Source: Anthoceros angustus (taxonomy: Eukaryota > Plantae > Anthocerotophyta). Taken from it: DNA of 64,000 bases. The position numbers were made by a program, and so were the translations under genes. Shown here piece by piece: positions 25,796-37,904 of the stretch. Position 1 is the first letter of the stretch, and the number at the start of each line of letters is the position of its first letter. The notes under the pieces were generated by a model that saw only the letters and a program-made list of their open reading frames with translations, was not told where the DNA came from and ran no database searches. The stretch spans positions 62,001 through 126,000 of the forward strand of contig VJWM01000044.1 of assembly GCA_010909165.1 (NCBI GenBank), given 5' to 3'.

Positions 25796-26199
25796 GAGAT
25801 GCTGCTGCACGTGAACAGCGTCATTGAGCTGTGTCTGTGAAATCTGATAGACAACCTGCAAGTTATGGGACGATTTCGATCCTTGCCAATTCTATCAAAT
25901 GAGACAATTGTAGTAGCCGCAGCTCTGCAAGCACACGATCCCCTGGTTCCTTACATCCAACGACATGATGGCCTGCCACCTCCTTCCTGGCTACATTTTG
26001 ACCATTTCTTTCTTGCATCGGGCTCCGCTCCCCCGTGATGTTCACACTACACACCTAGCTCTGGGCGTTCAAACTCAGCCGTAGACTAGGTGATGCAAAC
26101 CCTTCCCCACTGCAGAGCATGAAGAAATTGTTGGAGAGCAGCTTCTTGCACACAAAACTGTGTGTGCAAAGCCGGGGAGCCTTGTAGATCCAAAACAAC

Positions 26200-26805
26200 T
26201 GATAGACATGACGTCACCTGTAGTGCCCTGTTGGACGATATTCACATGAAGGAGATGGTGAACAGCTCTTTGACCTGGTTATCAGAATGCGAGAGGATGG
26301 CATCCAGCCCGACGCCATCGCCATCACGTTCCTTCGTAAGCTCAAGTTCTTTCCTGGTCATACGGGTGGATTGGACAAGGGGCTTGGGTCTACAAAGAGG
26401 CACTATTTCGTCAATCCCACAGCAGACCACTACACATGCATGGTGGATCTCTTGGGTCCGTGGAGGACAGCTGGACGAGGCACTAGCTTTAGTACAGACG
26501 ACGTTTTGTGGAACAGAAGCATAGCCTCGAAGTAAAGGACAAGGAGCAATTACGGGACTTGCGCAGAGCCATAGAGATAGGAGATCGAGATGTTCTGTCA
26601 TGAATATGGAATTTCTTGCTCCCTACCAGATCTGCGGTTCTGCCTGAGCTGCAGTTTAGCATACTCCACTGCGTGCTTGTAAAAAGTGCAGCAACGTGGA
26701 GGTGGGATGCCATAGTGCCTTTTGATGAAGCAGGGAGCCTGGTCAAGAAGGATGCCGCGGCATATCTGTCCATGTTGAATATCCACACCTGTGGTCAGAT
26801 GTGAT
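26200..26805 (+). pseudogene. Degenerate PLS/E PPR relic
   Basis: Frameshifted fragments MREDGIQPDAI..TFL, PTADHYTCMVDLLG, GQLDEALALV, DAAAYLSMLNI. Confidence 0.75.
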
Positions 26806-27672
26806 GCAGGAGGTGCAAGGGAGGAGAACACGAATCAGGGCCAGGAAGCAGCCAGGCCACAGCTGGTGGACGGACACCGATGGACTGGTGCATAGTTTCT
26901 GGGTTGGAGAGGGAGGAAAAGGAGGGTGACAGCCGAAATGAAGAAACGAAAGTATGTGGGAAGACATATCCTATGTGGAAAGGCAAATGTATTGTGTGAG
27001 CACAACGACAATCTGGCTATGGTCTCAAACAAGACACCCCCCCATGTGATCCCCTTGTTGTCACTGTGAAAGATGTGGCGGTTTTGCGTCCATCGTCACT
27101 CTGCCTACCGAAGATATAGCAGTCTCGGGAACAGTTGTTCAAGGACGGAAAACGTTCTTTTGAGGAAGCGAGGGGCTGATATGCCCAGACATGTTGCAAC
27201 TTGCATGCATATGCTTCACTCTCTAAAACCTCAGAAGATGAACTGATCATGCTCTATGACAACGTCTAGTTCGACCCCATCCATCAAGGTTTTGAGTTGA
27301 ATTATGCCCATAAATTGGTTTCTGGATCTGCTTATACTTGATGCGGGAATATGATTGGTTCTCATTGAAGAAGAAGAAGACGAAGAAGAATGAAGGACGT
27401 CTCAACCTCCTCCAATGGCCAATGTGTGATGCATGGCGAATGTGTGATGCATTCATGATCCGCACCTGCGAACATTGCTACATAAACTACATAAGCCGCT
27501 CCAGGCGTGCAGCTTTTCCACTTTCCTTTTGTCCTCTGAATGTCATCTCATCGCTGGTGGGCCATCACTTGTATTGTTATATGTTGTATAGACGACTTTC
27601 TCGAGAAAACAAACATTGTCCGTCTGGGAGAAAGGCAGGCCGCAGGCAGGCTCTTCTGCATCAACTTCCATC

Positions 27673-30003
27673 CAACAGACCAACTGTCCTTTGTCATTTC
27701 CAGAAAAGATACGCCCACGATGACGCACAACGTCTCCTTTTCTGGTGGCGACAAAAGCACGTGGATCCAAACATCTGATGGAGTGAAGCTTTTCTACAGC
27801 AACAATTACAACAACTCTCTGGTACCAGCATCCTATTGCACCTGGTACTGGGTTGCGGTTATATTGGGATGCACAGCTCTATGTTATGCTATGAAGATTC
27901 AACACTTCTACCACCTCCGCTGGTTGGCCGGCTGCGTGACCCATCCAACAGAGAAGTGAGGTCGCAGGAAACCAGAATATAGTACAGCAGGTGGAACGCC
28001 TAGCACGGGATCCTTGCTCTGCAAAATAAGGGGCCAGCTTGTGCAGTCATGATACCAACAAGAGCCGCTGGTTTGGCGGGCGTGCCGACGGACTTCGAGA
28101 AAGTGTAGCGCTGCTCCGCTGCTGTTTTGGCACCCGATTGAACAAAAAAGGCCCCGTTCAACAACAGATCATCTGATGACCACCAGTCCCAGGACTCCCA
28201 ATTGACATTTGTGTCCCGCTTTGTCACCTGTACATAGGCACACCATTTTCAGTACAGTTGAGGAGATTGCCAACACTTTGGAGATGGCCGCAAGAGAGAT
28301 TTGCAACTTACCTCTTTGGTGGTAGAAACATCCGAGGCGAGATATCGGTTGCTCTCGCTGTAGATGGTGGGGTTGGCACTGCCTCCACTGCATACATCTC
28401 CCACTTGGTGTAGTCGTTGTTGACAACATGGAATTGGCCAAAGCGGCACCTGCAGGGCAGACAGAATGCTATGCCAATAAGCAACTTCTGGGAAGAGGAG
28501 ATTGCTGTGATTGGCTATAACAAGTAATATTGGCTCATCAATGAATACCTGGGCATTCGCTGAACCAAGCCTTCTCCAAAATGGTTGAGAGCAACGGTAA
28601 CTTGCATGTCCTTGTCTGCGGAGTACTCATCACTGTGACCCAGCAGCATCACCTGTGGCACATTGGACGTTTCTTCATGTCAGAGCACCGGGAGAGTGGA
28701 GAATGCTATCCACAACTTCGTGTAGTGATTCAGAAATGTTGCAAGTACCTTGTCATGGTTTGTGAAGTAGTTGTTGGAGATGGTGATGGCCGTGGAAGAC
28801 ATCACAGCATCGATGAGCCCGTCTTGACAGCTTGCCAACAGACCAACTGTCCTTTGTCATTTCCAGAAAAGATACGCCCACGATGACGCACAACGTCTCC
28901 TTTTCTGGTGGCGACAAAAGCACGTGGATCCAAACATCTGATGGAGTGAAGCTTTTCTACAGCAACAATTACAACAACTCTCTGGTACCAGCATCCTATT
29001 GCACCTGGTACTGGGTTGCGGTTATATTGGGATGCACAGCTCTATGTTATGCTATGAAGATTCAACACTTCTACCACCTCCGCTGGTTGGCCGGCTGCGT
29101 GACCCATCCAACAGAGAAGTGAGGTCGCAGGAAACCAGAATATAGTACAGCAGGTGGAACGCCTAGCACGGGATCCTTGCTCTGCAAAATAAGGGCCAGC
29201 TTGTGCAGTCATGATACCAACAAGAGCCGCTGGTTTGGCGGGCGTGCCGACGGACTTCGAGAAAGTGTAGCGCTGCTCCGCTGCTGTTTTGGCACCCGAT
29301 TGAACAAAAAGGCCCCGTTCAACAACAGATCATCTGATGACCACCAGTCCCAGGACTCCCAATTGACATTTGTGTCCCGCTTTGTCACCTGTACATAGGC
29401 ACACCATTTTCAGTACAGTTGAGGAGATTGCCAACACTTTGGAGATGGCCGCAAGAGAGATTTGCAACTTACCTCTTTGGTGGTAGAAACATCCGAGGCG
29501 AGATATCGGTTGCTCTCGCTGTAGATGGTGGGGTTGGCACTGCCTCCCACTGCATACATCTCCCACTTGGTGTAGTCGTTGTTGACAACATGGAATTGGC
29601 CAAAGCGGCACCTGCAGGGGCAGACAGAATGCTATGCCAATAAGCAACTTCTGGGAAGAGGAGAGATTGCTGTGATTGGCTATAACAAGTAATATTGGCT
29701 CATCAATGAATACCTGGGCATTCGCTGAACCAAGCCTTCTCCAAAATGGTTGAGAGCAACGGTAACTTGCATGTCCTTGTCTGCGGAGTACTCATCACTG
29801 TGACCCAGCAGCATCACCTGTGGCACATTGGACGTTTCTTCATGTCAGAGCACCGGGAGAGTGGAGAATGCTATCCACAACTTCGTGTAGTGATTCAGAA
29901 ATGTTGCAAGTACCTTGTCATGGTTTGTGAAGTAGTTGTTGGAGATGGTGATGGCCGTGGAAGACATCACAGCATCGATGAGCCCGTCTTGACAGCTTGC
30001 CAA
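27673..30003. repeat. Near-identical tandem duplication (unit ~1163 bp) covering the 3' half of pectate lyase 2
   Basis: 27673-28837 matches 28835-30003; stop codons at 28000 and 29163; junction microhomology CCAA. Confidence 0.92.
28000..28837 (-). pseudogene. Partial 3' duplicate of pectate lyase 2 (no promoter or 5' exons)
   Basis: Encodes [10 protein letters not shown]...VMLLGHSD...QRMPR...[17 protein letters not shown]...ARIPC*; 1-nt deletion in the YAVGGS codons. Confidence 0.8.
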
Positions 30004-30837
30004 ATAGACGTGGTCCACCCAGATGTCTCTAGAACCGAAGATGGAGATTCCGTCTCCATCTGACCTTGTCCTCCACCCATAGTGAGTAGGAGAGCTCCTC
30101 ACCATGGCATTCCCAGCTGACCGACAGTTGTACACTTTCACACCGTGAATTATGACGTTAGAGATGAATTGCAAAGTGAAGCAAGCACCGTTGGCAATGT
30201 GAACATCAGCGCCTCTCCCGTCGATGGTCTTGAAGCTGTTCATGATCAGCTCCTCCCTGAGCTCAATGACCATGTCTTTCTCAAAGACAATCCACAGCGG
30301 CTCACTCTGAATGACAGCATGCCTCAGCGTGCCTGGTTTCGGGGTCACAACGTCGTTGTCACTTGAGTCAGTCACAACGTAGTACCTCCCGTACTTGCCG
30401 CCCAAGGCATTCCTCCCGAACCCAATGCCGCAGTCAGCCAGCCTCTTCCGATTGTCGGCCCAGTTGGGATCGCACCTCCAACAATCGTCGATCGGGTTGC
30501 CAGTGAGCTGACATCCCCGTCCCCGTCCCCGTCCCCGGAGCTGCAGTCTGGTGCTGCTCAAACAAACAGCAAATAAAAGGACATTGATCAGCCTCCTTTC
30601 TGCCTGAATCAGGACCAAGCTTGGAATTCGCTTTCGCAACGGATACCTGGCCGAATCGTTGGCTAAGTTCCTGGGCATTGTGTGAGATCCTCGCAACAGA
30701 TGGGTAGCCGCATTGTCGTCTGTTTTCTCCACAGCTGCTTCAGATGCCTCGGCCAATGCTGGTGCCCCTCCAATGAGGATCCCAAGAAAGAGGAGCAGAA
30801 GCGGAAGCAAAGCAGCCTGAGCCCATTGCTGGTCCAT
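29163..30837 (-). CDS. Pectate lyase (PL1) 2, canonical plant type
   Basis: Signal peptide [24 protein letters not shown]; [64 protein letters not shown] 1-nt homopolymer deletion in the last exon (A5 vs A6 in the duplicate) is probably a sequencing error. Confidence 0.92.
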
Positions 30838-33060
30838 CTGCGAACCAGCACTGAGAAGCAGAGGTGATGCGCAAACAAACGTACAGATTGGAGCAGAATT
30901 CCGTGAAGCAAAGTGGGTGCTGTAAGCAGAGAAGAGGAAGCAGAGAGCATGGAAGGTGTGTCGTGTGGGCAGACAAAACAAGACCGCACACTGATATAGT
31001 GTGGAGTGGAACGTCCGGGGCCTGCAGGACCCCTGGAGCCCCAACTGCCAAGGCGGGGTAAACTCCGAGGCCCAAGGGGGTGAAATGTTCCGGGGAGCGG
31101 ACCCATGTCAGAGGGTGAGGCCAATCCAGCGACCAACTTGGCATTATGTATGGAGTAAATGAACATGGCGGTAGAGCCTGACGCTAAGACTGCAATCATG
31201 ATGTCGGGCGCTGGAGGGTAGTCATCAGTCCTCTGGATGAGCCCAGTCAATTTCTATCTCAGAGATGAAGAGATGCCAGGCTTCAGGGCCTGCGCGCCAA
31301 AATGCCTGACACCAGGGAAGTAGGGTCCGGGAGCGGGAGGCACGCATTTCGGACGGCCCGTTGCGTCATCGGGCTGCCTGCCATGTGCGGACTCGGAACT
31401 TGAAGCAGGCGACAAAGTATGGCCATTTGTTTTTGCTGTTGGGTGGGAACAAGGGAGGACAGCAAGTGAGGTGAAGCATGTGCGAGCAGGATGTGGGTCT
31501 AATCTGGTTCATCAGGCCATCAAGATGCCCAGTAGCACACAGTACTGCACAAGGACTGCACATGGCACTGCCCTCTCCAGTCCCCTTCACAAGTGTAGGG
31601 GAGTAGGCGGCCGGCCCCATTTTTTCACACAAACAGAACACCTCACCCAACTCTCTAAGGTACGCCCATTTTCACACACTTAGCACTCATACTTCGGTAC
31701 ATCGTAAGCATATTGAAACACAAAACTGATACATTACAACATGCTGAACATATTCACCAACGTGTTCACCGTTACAGCTCCAATCAGCTCTCACCAGATC
31801 CTAGGGATTTTCTGTTTTTCACAATTACCTTTTCTCTCCTTTCAAACAAGTTCTGCATGTTTTTCATAATTCTTTTTCTATCCTCCCAAAACAAGTATCA
31901 TACTGTCCACCAGCTATAACTAACCCCTAAACCAGCAAGGAATAAAGAAATGCTCCACGATCAACCAATTATCTCGAATAGTATAGTACTCGGATTTAAA
32001 ATATAATTATATTGATTCATATATACTGTTGAGAAAGGACTAAATAAAACAGTCACAAGTTGTGAATAGTTTTATCTTCCTAGAATACTCTTTATAGTTT
32101 ATTTATTTTTATGAACTGCTGAAGAAAAAATAAGTAATATAGTGACAAGATGTGGAAGATTTCTTGTTACTAGAATGTTTTTTTATGGGTTTTTCGTATG
32201 ATTGGATTGCCATAATATCCTCAAACTCCTTATCAACATTATAAACACCTCTAGTTCCATGAAAGGTTCTCATTCTATCCAACTGCTTGGTATACATGTA
32301 TAGAAAGAATAAGTAATGTAATCACAAGTTTTGGAAGGTTTCTTGATTCCAGAATGCTCTTCTATGACTGCAAGAATATCCTCAAACTCCTTAGCAACAT
32401 TATGAACACCTCAAAATCCTTATCAAAATGATGAAAACCTCTAGCTCGATGAAAGCTTCTCATTCAATCAAATCGTTTGGTGTACATATATAGTAGGCAA
32501 ATTTTTCCCGTCAACATCAACGCCACTAGACAAGAGCTAATCCAAATGACCATTTCTAAGCATTAAGAAATTGTCGTTGTTCCACTATAATTGATGAACC
32601 CTACAATTGAACAAGGATACCTATAGTATTAGCCATTCCAAGTTCATCTATGACATACACAAGTTCTTCCATGTAGATGAACATGAACTATTTTTTACTC
32701 ATATAAAGGAATTGATTGATTTCTAAACCCCACTTCAACTCAATTTCAATTCAACTTGTGCACTCCAGACTTACAAATCCAAAATTGCAAGAAGATGAAA
32801 AGAGGATGTGAAATAATGAAGTATGCAATAATTATTTTTACAATAATCATTTTTATATGGTGAGTATAACTATAAATATTCATTCAGAGAAAATTAATCT
32901 TGGTATCTATACAATAAGATTCGTATTTAAAATATCTTAATTCTTATACGATAACATAAAATATTAAAATTATTAAATAATATAAAATTTAATTATTTTG
33001 AATTCTATGCCATCCTCAATCCGTTGCCAGAATTCGATCCTAGATTGTTCGAGTGGGAGC

Positions 33061-35150
33061 CAACAACAACAACAACAACTTTATTTATGTCCGCTAAGGA
33101 TGGGAGAACCATCATGGGACAGAGATAGTACAGCGTAAAAGAGGTTTAAAAGTCGAGTACACTTACGTACGTCGAACTAGAGAAGCAGACTGTATGAGGG
33201 AAGCAAAAGAAGGCAAGACTACAAGGAGTCCAACAAGGACCGCCAAGATCAAGAAGCTCAGAGAGACATAGTCCGAGAGCCTAGGAATGTGGAAAGAAAA
33301 AATCAGCAGAAGACACATTCAAAAAGAAGAGAGTAACGAGACCGAATATCGGCATAGGTAGGACAATAAAAGAGGAAGTGTGATTCAGATTCAGGATCCA
33401 AGGAGCAAAGCTTGCATATCCTATCGTCTTGGGGAGGGGTAGGCTTGAGCCAACGGTCGGTCTCAATCCGGAGGTGGTGGGAGCTAACACGAAATTGACC
33501 TATGAGTGTGCAGAGTTTGAAGGAAAGGGGGGAACTGAGGTAGCGGGGCAGGTAGGAAATTTACTGAGGGAGGATTAACTCGAGCCTGCCTTTGTAAAAG
33601 CGGAGTCTAGAAGTGAGAGGGGGGAAAAGGAAAGAGGGGACCAGGTGAGGCGAAGGTATCTTAATTTAAGGGCCCTGCGAATGGAGTGGTTGGGGGATGT
33701 GAGAAAGGGGGAGTTGGGAGGAGGGAGGGGGCCAAGCAGGGAGTCGAAAAGGTTTAAACTCGAATCTTCTAAGCCAGTTGGCAGCTTGAGAAAGCCAGCA
33801 AAACGAAGCTTGTGGGTCAGTATTGAGCCAAAGCGAGCGAGAGGACCTAAAGGCAAGGAGGTGGTAAGGGGGATCCAAAATGGGTTTAGCAATATCAAGG
33901 AGGTGGAGGCGGTAAAGAAAGGATGAGAGGCGAAAAAGGCAATCAAGTTCGAGGGGAAAGACTGCAAATTCAGAAAGGAGGATGGGTAATGGAGTCGAGC
34001 GCTTACAAGCAATGTGAGCGCGGAGAAAGGAAGATTGGACCCTTTCCACCTTCGCCCAAGAAGAAGGGGAAAGATCCGGGCCCCAAATTTCAACGCCATA
34101 CAAGGCGGAGGGAATTACCATAGTGTTGAGCAGCTTCAAGATTGATATCCTGAAGATTCATCCTGTATAAAGAACGGCGCAAAGCACAGACAGAGCCCAT
34201 CCCCTTGGTAGCGCGGGAGGAGGCAGAGGAGGTCCAGTTAAATTTAGGACCGAAAATAGTGATACCCAGATAAGTATAGGATCGAACCATCTCCACCTCC
34301 TGACCATCATAATAAAATTTGCAATCACCCTTGTAATCCCGAGTGTTGAACCGCATAATCTTGGTCTTGCGCAGATTGACAAAGAGACCCTTGGTTTTGC
34401 AAAAAAGGGATAAAACATCCGATTGCTTTTGGGCCCTCAGAATGAGATAAAGAACGGCGCAAAGCATGAGCCCATCCCTTGGTAGCGGGAGGAGGCGGAG
34501 GAGGTCCAGTTAAATTTAGGACCGAAAATAGTGATACCAGATAAGTATAGGATCGGACCATCTCCACTTCCTGACCATCATAATAAAATTTGCAATCACC
34601 CTTGTAATCCCGAGTGTTGAACCGCATAATCTTGGTCTTGTGATTGACAAAGAGACCCTTGGTTTTACAAAAAGGGATAAAACATCCGCTTTTTCCGGGA
34701 ATGAGATAAAGAACAATATCATCCATATAGGAGGATAGGAATACTTTCCAGAAATAGCCGAGCACCAGGGTCGCCAGATCGAAGAAGCCATTCCTCAAGC
34801 TCATCAATATACAACCCAAAGAGATTTGGGGACAAAGGGTCGCCCTCACGAATGCCAAGTTGGATAGGGATTTGGTGGGAAGACAAACCACGGGGAGTCT
34901 TGATTCGAGCAAAGACCCTTTTGTAGAGAAGGGTAGCAGCATGCCACAAATGAGGAGGCATCTTAAGAGACTGAAGTCTAATATTGTTAGAACAATACAA
35001 AGGATTTGTGGACAAAACGGTCAAACAAACTTCCAAGCCGGGGACTTAAATAAAATTCTTCTTCTTCAGGGTAGGGAACATGCCTTTGATTTGATCCTCA
35101 CTCAAAAACTGAATATCGAAAGAGTCCGCATATGCAATCATAAGTACTCA
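33061..35150 (-). mobile_element. 5'-truncated, degenerate non-LTR retrotransposon (LINE, RTE-like) with a (TTG)n 3' tail
   Basis: RT fragments GIREGDPLSPNLFGLYIDEL, ILLY..DD, GLFVNLRKTKIM, YTYLG, VIPSALYGVEIWG. The minus strand ends AATAAA followed by (GTT)~6 at 33061-33088. Internal ~280-bp duplication at 34167-34717. Confidence 0.85.
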
Positions 35151-35703
35151 GAGGTGCTTTGAAACTGTTACACTAGAGCGGTGTGCCAGCACAAGCAATT
35201 GTGAGTAGCACCGGTAGAAACACCCATCAAGCAATAACTTCGGACTTGTTCTGAGAGCTACCTGCTGCATCTGGATTGGGTGACAAACGGATATCTGGAA
35301 GCAGAGTTTATTCTGCGTGACGACGAACACTGTGCATGGTGTTTAGTATGGAGGAGTTTATCCGCGGGGGAACAGCCGCAGTCATGCTTTGGGTGTGGCT
35401 CCTAGGAACCAGACGATCGATTTCACCTCAGTGATACACGCAACTCAAGGTCTGACCAAATGCGAAGTGAAGCAGGTGCCACCACGTGGTTCCAGTTTCC
35501 CAGGTTCCGTCTGAATGTCACACGACAATCCCACAACATGAGAGAGGGATGACACAGAAGTAACTCGCATTAGGTCTGGAGTCTGGGTTCCGGGGAGCAA
35601 CCCCAACGAGCAACCTGACGTGGCTTTGCTGAAAGGGACGCAGCAAAAGAGTACTCCTGATCAAAGTCTCCTTTCACATGCACTTGTAAGCTTACACCCG
35701 TGG

Positions 35704-35711
35704 TATATAAG
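35704..35711 (+). promoter_or_regulatory. TATA box upstream of pectate lyase 3
   Basis: TATATAAG ~55 bp before a hydrophobic first-exon segment. Confidence 0.55.
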
Positions 35712-35765
35712 AGGACGCAGTTGTGTAATCCTCTGCATCCAAGTTTTCCACACCCAGCAGGCTCC

Positions 35766-37547
35766 ATGATTTGAGGTCGACTGCTTCTTCATCTTCGTTA
35801 TCATTTTGTCTGTAAGTACCTCCAGGCTCCGATAGCAGCAGTACTAGTTCGTGTTGATCATGGGAATCCTTCGAAGGCCAGATCTAGGTGGTCTAGTGCC
35901 TGTTGGACAAAGTTGTAAAGTCGGACTTACATTTGACAGCGGTGAATATACAGGGAAGCATTCAAGATGACAACGCCTTTCCGACTTCTTCAATGTACAA
36001 TCTGTATCACAATCCTGTTGCTGATATTTGGCTCCCATGAGAGTCTGGGCGTCTGCAAAGTTGGTGGGAACCAAAGGCACGATCAAGACCTACAGACTGG
36101 AGCATTGGATGCTTGATATTTGGTTCATATATAAGTGGCAGACTTGTATGAAAAGAATAGGATTTCTCAGCTGCAGATCTTCAGAAGCTAACCAATTGAA
36201 TTCTGGGTGCAGGAACACACGTCTTTTACAGACTGCGAACGGAAGCGTCGACGCAGCTGGGTGCGCCCAGACCGGCAACTCCATCGATGACTGCTGGAGG
36301 CTCAATGCAAACTGGTCCACGGACCGCACAAAGCTGGCGGGCTGCTCAATGGGCTACGCAAAGCAAGCATGGGGTGGCAAAGACGGAGCCATCTACACAG
36401 TGACAAATGCAAGCGATGATGCCGTAAATCCCACTAACGGAACGCTCCGCTATGGAGTCATCCAAACGGAGCCTTTGTGGATCGTGTTCAGCAAGGATAT
36501 GAGAATCAAGCTGCAGCAGGACTTGGTGTTCGTCAACGACTATAAAACAGTGGATGGAAGAGGAGTAAACGTGGAAATCGAGAACGGTGCAGGCCTCGTT
36601 CTAGAGGGAGTGTCGAATGTGATCATCCACGGAATCAAAGTCTACAATATCGTCTACAACAACAAAGGAGGGCAAGTGAGATTATCCCCCACTGTCGTAC
36701 AGGGGCGAGGGTCGGCAGGAGAGGATGGGATTAAAATCATCAACAACGCCAGGTTGATCTGGATCGACCACTGCTACCTCGCAAACGGCACCGACGGGCT
36801 CATCGACGTGACCAAGAATTCCACCGATGTTACGCTTTCCAACAATCTCTTCGAGAATCACGATAAGGTAAGCACGGACATTCATTCCAGATGATCCTGA
36901 TTCACAGCTGAGCTGGAAGTTTCCACTAAACGATGGTCACATGCAGGTTATCCTTCTGGGTGCCGATGACGGCGACACAGCTGATGTGAACATGCGGGTC
37001 ACAGTCACCCTGAACCGGTTCGGCAAAGGTCTGACACAGAGGATGCCGAGGTGGGTGCCTGGAATCTCATGTCCCAATGTTCTTGTCAAAACATGTATAC
37101 AGTTCACCTCAGACCAATACTGTGGCTGATGGATGCAGATGCCGCTTTGGACAATTTCACGTGGTGAACAACGACTATCTGCCATGGGGATCATACGCCG
37201 TAGGAGGCAGCGCCAACGCCACCATCAACTGCGAGGCAAACCGGTACACGGCAGGGGATCACAAGGAGGTGACGAAGCGCATGGACGACACTGACTCATG
37301 GAAGAGCTGGAACTGGCGTTCAGAGGGCGATCTGTTCGTAAACGGGTCCTTCTTCACTGAATCAGGCAGCCAGGATGCTTCAGCTTATACGGCAGCCACC
37401 AGTCTGCCAGCCAAGTCAGCATCCATGGTAGCAGCCATGACAGCGGATGCTGGTCCGCTCAAGTGCAAAGCAGGAGCTGCTTGCTGCTCTCAAGCTGCTG
37501 GTATATCTGATCTTACCAATACTCTCCGTAAGAATACCATGAAGTAG
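35766..37547 (+). CDS. Pectate lyase (PL1) 3, divergent; 5' exon structure uncertain
   Basis: [56 protein letters not shown]|VILLG, QRMPR|[36 protein letters not shown]. Confidence 0.9.
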
Positions 37548-37904
37548 AGGCTTAGAACAGATACAAAAGGCTTGAGGAAAGCTTCACAATCTTCCAATTC
37601 TCCTGCCATTCTGTGCACGTTGCCGGTTGCTTGTGAACTACGTAAGACTTTTCGGTGTGTAGTTGAGAATCTCAACTACACGCCGGGATGACCGTGAGAT
37701 CTTTAGTGACAGCTTGCGGCCGTGATATAGTATGTTTTCTAGTAAGCTATGTCCTACTTTGGTTGTCTAGCGATGTACTACAATAACCGGTTGAGGAGTA
37801 GAGGATGTATTTCTAACAAGTCATAAAACAGTATAATATACATAAAGCATATGTTTTCTTATCGCGTTTCCAGTGACATAGCCTCGTATAGTGCGGGCCT
37901 GACA

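Noticed and set aside
28000-28837. A fourth functional pectate lyase
   Set aside because: Only the 3' half, near-identical to the neighbour, and probably an assembly duplication.
10236-37547. Horizontal (microbial) origin of the pectin-degrading genes
   Set aside because: All carry plant-type motifs ([11 protein letters not shown]-type GH51) and spliceosomal introns.
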